A stretch of 64,000 bases of DNA, taken from an uncultured Spirochaetota bacterium. Lineage in GTDB: Bacteria > Spirochaetota > Brevinematia > Brevinematales > JAOACQ01. The first letter of the stretch is position 1, and every line of letters starts with the position of its first letter. The stretch covers positions 1 through 64,000 of the forward strand of contig CAWIGG010000006.1 of assembly GCA_963835575.1 (NCBI GenBank), given 5' to 3'. A model generated the notes under the pieces. The model made no database searches. It had not been told where the DNA came from and was given only the letters and a program-made list of their open reading frames with translations. Positions 1 to 7,640 of the stretch are shown here, one piece after another. The position numbers and the translations under genes are program-made.

Positions 1-1095
1 CGGGCGGGCGGAAGCCTTGGAATGACGTACAGCCACAACGAGCAGATGAGGGACAGCAATGGGAAGTATAACGGGAACTATATGAGCTATAATTACGGCT
101 ATGGAATAAACATCAGCGCGGACGGGAAAGTAACGCCGTATGGAAATTACAGCGCGTCGCTGTGTTTGAAGAAGGTGGATAATAAAGAAACAAGTTTGAT
201 GACTGACACTGCCGCAGCGAAGAAGAAGGCGGAAGCAGCTAGGTATAACGCAGAGTTCGGAAGCCCGGCAAGACCATATATAACCCCGCAGATGACAGCT
301 ATTACGAGCGATATGAGCGGGGAAACCCATCAGCCGACCAGTGCGGAAATGTATGGACAAATAATGAATGATCCGGTTACGGGTGAAAAAACAAATGAAG
401 CATGGGATCAATACCATCATTATACAGAAGTAAAAAATACACTTGAGTCAGAAGGACTGCTTGGGGATTTTTATAAGCAGCAAATGCAAAATTTCCATGA
501 TGACGGAGAATTTGTATCTGTTACAATCGAAGGCGTCAAGTTTAAATTCCCGAAAGCCGAATATTATATTCCATCCGATCCGAATAGTTCAACATTAACA
601 GACAGTCATGGAAATACAAATATTTATCTTGCAATAAAGAATTTAGCATCGGATACGGCGATATATATGGTTGATAAGGCGCAATCCGAAGGCTGGAGTG
701 AAGTTGAGATCAATAGTATGTGGAGGCCCAATGCACAGCCTCATACAAGCGGCTATGCTTTTGATATCGGGGCTATAACGAAGAATGGGGAGACGGTATA
801 CTTTAAGAATACAGACAAAATAGGGGAAACAACATTTAGAGACCAGTATAATGCTCATTCGGGATTAGTTGATGAAGTTTATAGCAGTTTAAAAAGTGAT
901 CCAAGGGTTACTCAAATATTGAATCCAGATTATTTATTTAGTACAGTTCCAGGTAATTCTTATGATTTGCCGAATGATCCTGATAATCTTTATCTATATA
1001 TAGATCCTTTAAAAGAACCAGATTTATATGAAAAATTCAACTCTTTAATGGTCAAGCATGATACTCATGTACACATTACTTTATATCATAGATAA
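1..1095 (+). CDS. 3' part of a large polymorphic-toxin-like protein with a C-terminal Zn DD-peptidase (peptidase M15/Hedgehog-fold) domain; 5'-partial
   Basis: Frame is open from base 1. C-terminal motifs S-x-x-R...H-T-S-G-Y-A-F-D (H-x6-D) and H-x-x-H-V-H are typical of M15/LAS-type Zn peptidases. Followed directly by a signal-peptide gene, as in toxin-immunity pairs. Confidence 0.6.
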   Translation, partial: RAGGSLGMTYSHNEQMRDSNGKYNGNYMSYNYGYGINISADGKVTPYGNYSASLCLKKVDNKETSLMTDTAAAKKKAEAARYNAEFGSPARPYITPQMTAITSDMSGETHQPTSAEMYGQIMNDPVTGEKTNEAWDQYHHYTEVKNTLESEGLLGDFYKQQMQNFHDDGEFVSVTIEGVKFKFPKAEYYIPSDPNSSTLTDSHGNTNIYLAIKNLASDTAIYMVDKAQSEGWSEVEINSMWRPNAQPHTSGYAFDIGAITKNGETVYFKNTDKIGETTFRDQYNAHSGLVDEVYSSLKSDPRVTQILNPDYLFSTVPGNSYDLPNDPDNLYLYIDPLKEPDLYEKFNSLMVKHDTHVHITLYHR

Positions 1096-1108
1096 AAAGG
1101 AGGAAAGA

Positions 1109-1990
1109 ATGAGATATTATATATTTACGGGAATAATAGTTTTGTTTATAAACTTTGTTTATGCTTCCGATTTGCAGCCGTTTGATAAAGATGGAGCAAT
1201 TGTCATGAATATGGATACAATTTTATTTGAAAAACCGGATATTAAATCGATAAAAATTACTAATTTTTATAATAATAATTGGAGGGAAATAGAATTAATT
1301 TCTCAAACGAATATAAAATATAATGATTCTAACGAAACATGGTATTATATTAATTCTTACATAGTGACAAATTGGCAACCACCATCAACGCTTTATGGTT
1401 GGGTAAAAAGAAGCGATCTTGGCGGAAAAAATGATTTTAAACCCGTTAATAAAATCCCTGAGATATTAATTGTAGAGAGTATGGTAGATATCCCCGATTT
1501 TCTACATATTCATATTTATTCTGACGGAACATACCAAATCAAAAAAAATAAATCGAATAAGACAATTTTGTTAAGAGGAAAAGTTTATCAATATCAAAAT
1601 ATTATAATGTTAGGAAATGAAAGGGGCGAATATTTTTATTATAATGAAAATGAATATATAAAGGGATTGATTCCTATAATAACTTATTCAATTTATACCA
1701 ATAAATCTGAATTTCCCGATATTGGTAAGCCTTCTTCTGTATTATCTGGCTCTATTTACATCCTCACCGGCGACAACGTGAACGTGCGCTCGGAGGCGAG
1801 CACGAACTCGGCGGTATTGGTCAAGCTCTCGAAAGGCGCAAAAGTCACGTTGCTGAAGCGGTCGGACATCGCGCTGACCGTGGGGGACAAGAAAGGCTTC
1901 TGGGCGTACATCGACACGGGGGTGAAGGGGAAAACCGGAGAGAATATTAAAGGGTGGATTTTCGATTATTATTTGAAAAAAGAAGAATAG
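1109..1990 (+). CDS. Secreted SH3b-domain protein, putative cognate immunity protein
   Basis: AGGAGG RBS precedes ATG 1109. N-terminal hydrophobic signal peptide. C-terminal SH3b (NVNVRSEAS...GW.F..YL) and a second SH3-like segment (WYYI...YGWVKRSDL). Confidence 0.7.
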   Translation: MRYYIFTGIIVLFINFVYASDLQPFDKDGAIVMNMDTILFEKPDIKSIKITNFYNNNWREIELISQTNIKYNDSNETWYYINSYIVTNWQPPSTLYGWVKRSDLGGKNDFKPVNKIPEILIVESMVDIPDFLHIHIYSDGTYQIKKNKSNKTILLRGKVYQYQNIIMLGNERGEYFYYNENEYIKGLIPIITYSIYTNKSEFPDIGKPSSVLSGSIYILTGDNVNVRSEASTNSAVLVKLSKGAKVTLLKRSDIALTVGDKKGFWAYIDTGVKGKTGENIKGWIFDYYLKKEE

Positions 1991-2167
1991 CTATTAGCTG
2001 TTAGCGGTTAGCTGTTAGCCAGCTAACAGCCAGAAGCTAACAGCCAGAAGCTAACAGCCAGAAGCTAACAGCCAGAAGCTAACAGCCAGAAGCTAACAGC
2101 CAGAAGCTAACAGCCAGAAGCTAACAGCCAGAAGCTAACAGCCAGAAGCTAATAGCTAGGAGCTAAT
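1988..2167. repeat. Heptad-periodic palindromic element with a 14-bp tandem array (AGCTAACAGCCAGA, 9 perfect copies 2021-2146 plus a degenerate copy)
   Basis: TTAGC-based 7-mers on the left, centre TTAGCCAGCTAA, GCTAA-based 7-mers on the right; read directly from the sequence. Confidence 0.95.
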
Positions 2168-2171
2168 TCAG

Positions 2172-2525
2172 ATGAGTTACAAAGACTTACAGGTATGGCA
2201 GAAGGCCGTAGAATTTGTTAAGACGGTTTATAGTATAACAAAGAAATTTCCGGAAGACGAGAAATTCGGATTGGTAAACCAGATGCGCCGTGCGGCGGTG
2301 TCTATAGCCTCGAATATTGCGGAAGGAAAAGCGAGGAATACGGATAAAGAGTTCTTAAATTTTTTATATATCGCTAGAGGATCGGCGGCAGAAGTTGAGA
2401 CACAGATTTTTATAGCAAAAGGTCTGGAATTTATTGATGAAAAAACATATAAAGAAGCGGCAACGGAATGTGAAGGAGTTGGGAAACTTATAAATGGTAT
2501 GATAAAAGCGGTTAGTCGTAAGTAA
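2172..2525 (+). CDS. Four-helix bundle protein (23S rRNA IVP / TIGR02436, Avd-related)
   Basis: Signature MSYKDLQVWQKA...FPEDEKFGLVNQMRRAAVSIASNIAEG...F..FL.IARGS..E.ETQ. Confidence 0.95.
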   Translation: MSYKDLQVWQKAVEFVKTVYSITKKFPEDEKFGLVNQMRRAAVSIASNIAEGKARNTDKEFLNFLYIARGSAAEVETQIFIAKGLEFIDEKTYKEAATECEGVGKLINGMIKAVSRK

Positions 2526-2590
2526 TAGTTTGTAGTCAGCTATTAGTTATTAGCCAGCTAATAGCCAGAAGCTAACAGCTAAAAGCTAAT
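2526..2590. repeat. Second heptad-periodic palindromic element, downstream of the four-helix bundle gene
   Basis: ...GCTATTAGTTATTAGCCAGCTAATAGCCAGAAGCTAACAGCTAAAAGCTAAT; same TTAGCCAGCTAA centre. Confidence 0.85.
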
Positions 2591-2647
2591 TATTGGTCAT
2601 AGAACTCAGGTTAACCCAGCAGTCCACGAGGACGGCCGGAATTAGCA

Positions 2648-3061
2648 TTACTTCTTGAATAAGAGCTTGAATTCCTCGATATTCAATACCTGGACCCGGG
2701 GAAAAGGGACCTGCTTTAAAACATCGAAATGGTGGTCCTCGGTAACGATGACGGAATTGGAGATCGCGGCGCAGTCAACGAATTTATCATCGTCGTGATC
2801 GGCTTTAATTAATTTCCAATGGTAGTAAGGGATGATTTGACGGACATTGAGCGCGGAAGTCAGGACTTCGGCCGCGGAATCGGCGGTTTCCCGGTTAAAT
2901 TTTTTTGATATAATCTCGATATATTCGGTTAAAATTTCATTGGTAATGAAAAGCTCTATTTCCTCGTTTTCGATTTTCTTATAAATCCAATGATATTTGG
3001 ATTCTTCAGGGATGGAAACGAGGAGGACATTTGTATCCAGGACAATTTTAGGAATTTTCAT
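2648..3061 (-). CDS. PIN-domain toxin (PIN_3 type), type II TA
   Basis: IVLDTNVL motif, D.DD.KF.DCA...IVTEDHHF; overlaps the small upstream ORF. Confidence 0.9.
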   Translation of the reverse strand: MKIPKIVLDTNVLLVSIPEESKYHWIYKKIENEEIELFITNEILTEYIEIISKKFNRETADSAAEVLTSALNVRQIIPYYHWKLIKADHDDDKFVDCAAISNSVIVTEDHHFDVLKQVPFPRVQVLNIEEFKLLFKK

Positions 3062-3257
3062 GGAGCCATTTGTCCATTACTTCATTGGAAAGCTTTTTCC
3101 CCTTCCATGCCTCGCCGGCGCTTTGGACGGCTTTTTTTGAAAAGTGCTTTACTAAAAATCTCCGAAGGGCCTTTAAGTCTGTTTCGGATATATTAAAAGA
3201 ATAGATTCTTAAAAGTTCCTGTTGTAAGTTAGAAAGTTTTGGCGCTGCTGACGGCAT
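3048..3257 (-). CDS. Putative antitoxin
   Basis: 69 aa (LSNLQQELL..YS...SE.DL..LRR) overlapping the PIN gene start; RBS upstream. Confidence 0.75.
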   Translation of the reverse strand: MPSAAPKLSNLQQELLRIYSFNISETDLKALRRFLVKHFSKKAVQSAGEAWKGKKLSNEVMDKWLHENS

Positions 3258-3298
3258 AAAAGCCCCCTCATATTACATAATGCGCTATTGACGTTCTA

Positions 3299-3327
3299 AT
3301 TATACTTAATTAAATAGTAAAAATCAA
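3299..3327 (-). promoter_or_regulatory. Sigma70-type promoter of TA operon 1
   Basis: Minus strand TTGATT-17 bp-TATAAT. Confidence 0.75.
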
Positions 3328-3469
3328 GTCATTAAATTCTAAAATAGAATAAAAAAAGCTCGTGCTGGTGAATAATTAAATGAGGGCAAAAAATTAGTCT
3401 AAAGAAGAAGTCAGAGAAGCATCGGGAGCGAATCTAAAGTAAAAGTCTTATCAGTATGAGAATTTATAT

Positions 3470-3693
3470 CCGGCGGCAACGTGAACGTGCGCGCGGAGGC
3501 GGGCACGAACTCTGCGGCGCTCATCAAGCTCTCGAAGGGCGCGAAGGTCAGCTTATTGAAGCGTTCGGACATCGCGCTGACGGTAGGGGACAAAAAAGGC
3601 TTCTGGGCGTACATCGACACGGGGGTGAAGGGAAAAAACGGAGAGAATATTAAGGGGTGGGTGTTCGATTATTATTTGAAAAAAGAAGAATAG
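3470..3693 (+). pseudogene. Orphan duplicate of the SH3b C-terminal segment of the 1109-1990 gene
   Basis: Near-identical translation (NVRAEAGTNSA...GWVFDYYLKKEE); no signal peptide or N-terminal domain. Confidence 0.85.
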
Positions 3694-3898
3694 CTGTTAG
3701 CGGTTAGCTGTTGGCTTTTAGCCAGCTAACGGCTAGAAGCTAATAGCTAAAAGCTAATGTGGGGTGTTTGATTATTATTTGAAAAAAGAAGAATAGCTGT
3801 TAGCGGTTAGCTGTTGGCTTTTAGCCAGCTAACGGCTAGAAGCTAATAGCTAAAAGCTAATGTGGGGTGTTTGATTATTATTTGAAGAAGGAAGAATA
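3661..3898 (+). repeat. 103-bp tandem duplication (about 2.3 copies) of the SH3b gene 3' end plus the heptad palindromic element
   Basis: Units start at 3661, 3764 and 3867 (GTGTTYGATTATTATTTGAA...). Confidence 0.95.
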
Positions 3899-3905
3899 AT
3901 ACAAA

Positions 3906-3944
3906 GGCGGTCGGGCCGGAAGGGTTTGACCGCCGGTTTTTTTT
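3906..3944 (+). terminator. Rho-independent terminator
   Basis: GGCGGTCGGGCC/GGTTTGACCGCC stem followed by a T-tract. Confidence 0.7.
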
Positions 3945-4383
3945 AGGGGGTGGCGGGCCGGAAAAAATGGAGGATGTATGTCTGAAGAATGGGAAAACGA
4001 TGCTGTTAAGCCAGTTACCGGAATTGATAAGGATGCATGAAGGCTGGGGAATTGAGATTGAATTTATTGATGATTCCAGCTTGAAACCATAGCCATTTTT
4101 GCCCTCGCAGGATTTTCATTAATTTGGGAAAATTCCCGAAATAATATAGTCTTTTGTTGAAGATCGGCGGCGTATGACACTAATTTGAGAATTTTCCCGA
4201 ATTAAGGCTGTCTAAAACACCGGCGCTTCTGATGCTATTTCGGAAAAAACAGGACGGTTTATAATGCCTCTGACAAGCTGGCCGAATGGAAGCCGGTAGC
4301 CCTGATGACCGCTTACTTCACCGCCGGATTGCGGACTTCAACGCTCACTCTGATATGTTGCGAAATAAAGAAAGTAAAAGCCT

Positions 4384-4791
4384 TCATTTTATAAGTATCT
4401 CAAAACCCATCTGTTCAAAATGATGGTCATTGGTAAAAGCTGTTTTTAATTTATAATGCTTCATAATGACAAAAGAAGTACAATCGGTAAAAGAGAAGCC
4501 TTTATCCGAGTACCCCTTAAATAAATGGAAGGCCTCTTTTTCCAGCATTTCGTTGATATAAATAATTTCTATAAAATTAGACTTTTTGATATCCTCATAA
4601 AACTCAACAGCAGACATATGATTGGCTTTTGCATTCAAACCTGTTATAGTTTCATCAATAACATAATTTGTCGTCATATAATCATATTCTTTCAAGAGTT
4701 TTTTATTAATACTATTTGCCAAATTATTAAATTGGTCTTTCGCAGAGTACAAAGCTATAAAAGCATTTGTATCAATAAAAATCTTATTCAT
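4384..4791 (-). CDS. VapC/PIN-domain toxin
   Basis: IFIDTNAF...SFTDCTSFVIM...AFTNDHHFEQMGF. Confidence 0.92.
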   Translation of the reverse strand: MNKIFIDTNAFIALYSAKDQFNNLANSINKKLLKEYDYMTTNYVIDETITGLNAKANHMSAVEFYEDIKKSNFIEIIYINEMLEKEAFHLFKGYSDKGFSFTDCTSFVIMKHYKLKTAFTNDHHFEQMGFEILIK

Positions 4792-4806
4792 TATATTGTC
4801 AGCCCA

Positions 4807-5037
4807 TTAGTTATTATAAATATACTTATCGATATTTTTTGATAAGTCAGAAGGAGCATTACTATCTAAATTTTTAATATTATAAAGGGGATCATTCATT
4901 AATCTTGCTAACCGGGAAGATTTCAAGGAATCATGAATCAAATCAGAAATTAACTTTTTTACAGGTTTTCCTGTTACTTTAGCCAAACTTTCAAGTTTTT
5001 CATATTCCTTGTTTTGAAGGGTTAGATTAATGTCCAT
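4807..5037 (-). CDS. Putative antitoxin (RHH-like N-terminus)
   Basis: 76 aa upstream of vapC; C-terminal DLSKNIDKYIY resembles the DLS.N.D.YLY tail of such antitoxins. Confidence 0.8.
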   Translation of the reverse strand: MDINLTLQNKEYEKLESLAKVTGKPVKKLISDLIHDSLKSSRLARLMNDPLYNIKNLDSNAPSDLSKNIDKYIYNN

Positions 5038-5066
5038 AAAGCCACCTCTTTCATCTATTTATATAA

Positions 5067-5095
5067 ATCATAAGCGAAAAATAAGCGAAAGTCAA
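5067..5095 (-). promoter_or_regulatory. Sigma70-type promoter of TA operon 2 with a direct repeat (ATAAGCGAAA x2), possible operator
   Basis: Minus strand TTGACT-17 bp-TATGAT; 10-bp direct repeat at 5070-5079 and 5081-5090. Confidence 0.7.
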
Positions 5096-5660
5096 ATTAA
5101 CAGACTGCCGCGCGGTTTTGCCGCGGGCAAAAAAGCCGCCGGAAGAGGAGCATTATTTTAAATCCGTCCGCTTCCAAAAACTGTCTTTTAATTCAAGCCC
5201 CTCTTTTTATAAACGGCGTTTTTGGAAGCGGACGCTTATTACTTTCAGCCTCCTCTTCCGGCAGCTTCCGGGCATCAGCCCGGCCGCGCGGTCCTCGGTA
5301 TATAAAAGCCATTCTACCTACAAGGGACAAATAAATAACTGACCGGCCGGATGGAAGCCGGATGCCCTGATGACTTAAGATTCCCCCGTGCTGGTGAAAA
5401 ATTAAATTAAGGCAAAAAATCGGGATAAGGAAGGGCAAAAGGAATAAGATTGGAATAATTGAAACAAAAAAGATGGCAAAAGGGAAACATTTATACTGAT
5501 AAATATTTCTTTTATTAAAAATCGCGATTAAAACCCTTGCTTGACCATAAGCAAAGTTATGTTAAGAGGGAGGCGTGCGGCGCGCCGCCAAAACAGGCGG
5601 CCCGGCGAATGGGCTTGCGGAGACAGGCTCTAACCCAGCCGTAGCGTGAGGAGGGGAGAG

Positions 5661-5933
5661 TTAAGGTTTAGGAAAATGTTTGTAGATATCTTTGCGGTGC
5701 ATGAAGCGAAGGAAGCGGATGTTTTTATCTTCGAGTTTAAAACCGGCGCGGTAATCGCCGATACGGACACGGTAAAAATCCTTAAATCCTTCCAGTTTTT
5801 TCAGATTACGGATATCAAGGATGGAAGACGCGCTTTGCGCGTCTGTTATGAGTTTGCCTATTCTGGCGGCCAGCTTTCTGTCTTTGATTTTCATCGTATC
5901 TTTGACAAAAGAATCCTCAACCAGGACATTCAT
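5661..5933 (-). CDS. RelE/ParE-family toxin
   Basis: NLKKLEG..DFYRVRIGDYR.G......RFMHRKDIYK.FP. Confidence 0.92.
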   Translation of the reverse strand: MNVLVEDSFVKDTMKIKDRKLAARIGKLITDAQSASSILDIRNLKKLEGFKDFYRVRIGDYRAGFKLEDKNIRFLRFMHRKDIYKHFPKP

Positions 5934-6169
5934 TTCAAACCGGCCATGTGTTTATTTAATTTACCGAGGAATTCACTGCCTGAAATGGCGCTGCCTGTGG
6001 GTGTGTTTTGAAGGATATTTCCGAAAGCCCTGTCCTCAGCCATTTCAAGAAAGCGGTTAAGGGCTTTTTTGCTGCTGAGAAGGCTTGAAATGGTATCTTC
6101 AGCGGCTTTATGAGCTGCGGAGTCTATAATCTCATTCAGTTTGTCATCGGTTAAGGTAACGGTAGACAT
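5930..6169 (-). CDS. Putative antitoxin for RelE
   Basis: 79 aa, ATGA overlap with relE, EMAED.AF motif. Confidence 0.75.
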   Translation of the reverse strand: MSTVTLTDDKLNEIIDSAAHKAAEDTISSLLSSKKALNRFLEMAEDRAFGNILQNTPTGSAISGSEFLGKLNKHMAGLK

Positions 6170-6200
6170 AAAATTCCCCTTTATTTCGGATATGCCGTTA

Positions 6201-6338
6201 TTAGCTGACCATATGCTTGATCTGGTTTTTAACCAGAAAGGCGTTAATGAGTTCCTTGACGACGACTTTATCGTTATCCGGCAAACTTTCCACTGCTTTA
6301 AAATCGCGGAGGAGTTCCTCGTCGCTGCCTGACCTCAT
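6201..6338 (-). pseudogene. 45-aa ORF resembling the C-terminal helix of XRE/RstR-like regulators (no HTH)
   Basis: Manual translation MRSGSDEELLRDFKAVESLPDNDKVVVKELINAFLVKNQIKHMVS. Confidence 0.5.
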
Positions 6339-6369
6339 AACTAATTCCCTCTATGCTATCAGCATTTTA

Positions 6370-6398
6370 ATTATACTTAATTATAAGGTAAAAAGCAA
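6370..6398 (-). promoter_or_regulatory. Sigma70-type promoter homologous to 3299-3327
   Basis: Minus strand TTGCTT-17 bp-TATAAT; flanking sequence similar to 3296-3350. Confidence 0.75.
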
Positions 6399-6533
6399 GT
6401 CATAAAATTCTAAAATAGCATAAAAATGAAAAAGTTATCTTTCTTTCCCCGCGCCGCAGGCTTCACATGCTTTCATATAATAATAAAAAGATTTATAATA
6501 TAGTGCTATTATAAAAAGGAGGTTATTTCTTTC

Positions 6534-7040
6534 ATGAAATATTCTGCCTTTTTAATGCTGTTATTTTTATTATTTCCCTCAATTCCCCTGTTTCCTGAAA
6601 AGCTGGATTTAAGGGGTATAAATGAAAAGGAATCCTTCTGGCTTAATATTAAGGATTTCGGATATTACCGCTTTGTTCCCGTCGATAATTTCCGGGAGAG
6701 CAATGAAGTCCTGGATCTGTATCTGATCGATACAAACGGTAATGTGGTTTTAAAGCTGCCTGATCATTACGGCAGCGGCCGCTGGCTTTACAGCAGTGTT
6801 TACATGGTTTCATCCCGGGACATGAATTTTGACGGCTATGATGACATCACCGTCATAGCGTATTTTATCGCTGTCAACGGCACGAAGACGCGGGAGCCGT
6901 TTACGGTGACATCAGTATATTTTTATACAAATAAAAGTTTTACGAATTATGGTTCGATTGACGGAGCTATAAATTCGAATATAGGGTTTCAAAATATTTA
7001 CAAAGTTTATGATTTTATGAAAACGATATTTAAGAAATAA
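6534..7040 (+). CDS. Hypothetical secreted protein with an FG-GAP-like DMNFDGYDD motif
   Basis: AGGAGG RBS, signal peptide, D-x-N-x-D-G-x-x-D motif. Confidence 0.6.
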   Translation: MKYSAFLMLLFLLFPSIPLFPEKLDLRGINEKESFWLNIKDFGYYRFVPVDNFRESNEVLDLYLIDTNGNVVLKLPDHYGSGRWLYSSVYMVSSRDMNFDGYDDITVIAYFIAVNGTKTREPFTVTSVYFYTNKSFTNYGSIDGAINSNIGFQNIYKVYDFMKTIFKK

Positions 7041-7175
7041 GAAAAATCCCTCCCGGTATGGAAACGCTCAATTTTTTCGCCGTTTTGTCTTCAGCGGCCG
7101 GTTGGAAAAGAAACTTTTGCAAAAAGAACCGCTTAATTTTATTTTAATTTAATTTTAAATTAAATATTCGAAAAT

Positions 7176-7204
7176 TTGACAATAAAGTGCATATTTTTTA
7201 TAAT
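7176..7204 (+). promoter_or_regulatory. Consensus sigma70 promoter of the str operon
   Basis: TTGACA-17 bp-TATAAT. Confidence 0.9.
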
Positions 7205-7247
7205 ATGTCCCTTGTCCATAGACTTATGAAGAAAGAGGTTCTGCAAT

Positions 7248-7622
7248 ATGCCGACTATTAACCAATTGGTAAGAAAAGGGAGAAAGTCCGCCGCGGTAAA
7301 GAGTAAGTCGCCGGCTCTCCAGTCAAATCCCCAGAAAAGAGGGGTTTGCGTCAGGGTTACGACAATGACGCCCAAGAAGCCGAACTCGGCTTTAAGAAAG
7401 ATTGCCAGGGTGAGGCTCGTGCATGGTCTTGAAGTGACGGCTTATATTCCCGGCATCGGGCATAATCTGCAGGAACATTCTGTCGTTCTTATCAGGGGCG
7501 GAAGGGTAAAAGACCTGCCCGGCGTGCGCTATCACATCATCAGGGGGACCCTTGATTCGATGGGCGTGGAAAAGAGAAAGAGCAGCCGTTCGAAATACGG
7601 CGCCAAGAAAGCGAAATCGTAA
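7248..7622 (+). CDS. rpsL: 30S ribosomal protein S12
   Basis: [10 protein letters not shown]...[11 protein letters not shown]. Confidence 0.99.
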   Translation: MPTINQLVRKGRKSAAVKSKSPALQSNPQKRGVCVRVTTMTPKKPNSALRKIARVRLVHGLEVTAYIPGIGHNLQEHSVVLIRGGRVKDLPGVRYHIIRGTLDSMGVEKRKSSRSKYGAKKAKS

Positions 7623-7640
7623 GGAAGAGGATGATATAAT

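Noticed and set aside
2021..2160. CRISPR array
   Set aside because: Contiguous 14-bp tandem repeats with no unique spacers; no cas genes.
2172..2525. 23S rRNA intervening sequence
   Set aside because: No rRNA sequence flanks the gene; the family name is historical.
1758..3693. DGR template/variable repeat pair (duplicated gene 3' end next to an Avd-like gene)
   Set aside because: Differences between the two copies involve all bases and are largely synonymous rather than adenine-specific, and no reverse transcriptase is present in the window.
3661..3898. CRISPR-like repeat-spacer array
   Set aside because: The intervening sequences are identical to each other, so this is a tandem duplication.
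3968..4093. Small ORF MEDVCLKNGK...EGWGIEIEF
   Set aside because: About 41 aa with no confident family assignment; possibly a gene remnant.
4295..4380. Hammerhead ribozyme (CTGATGA core; also at about 5368)
   Set aside because: No GAAA directly follows a stem II and the remaining helices could not be built by eye; an Infernal scan would settle it.
2600..6450. Integron attC sites between TA cassettes
   Set aside because: No convincing RYYYAAC...GTTRRRY paired boxes were found and no integrase is present.
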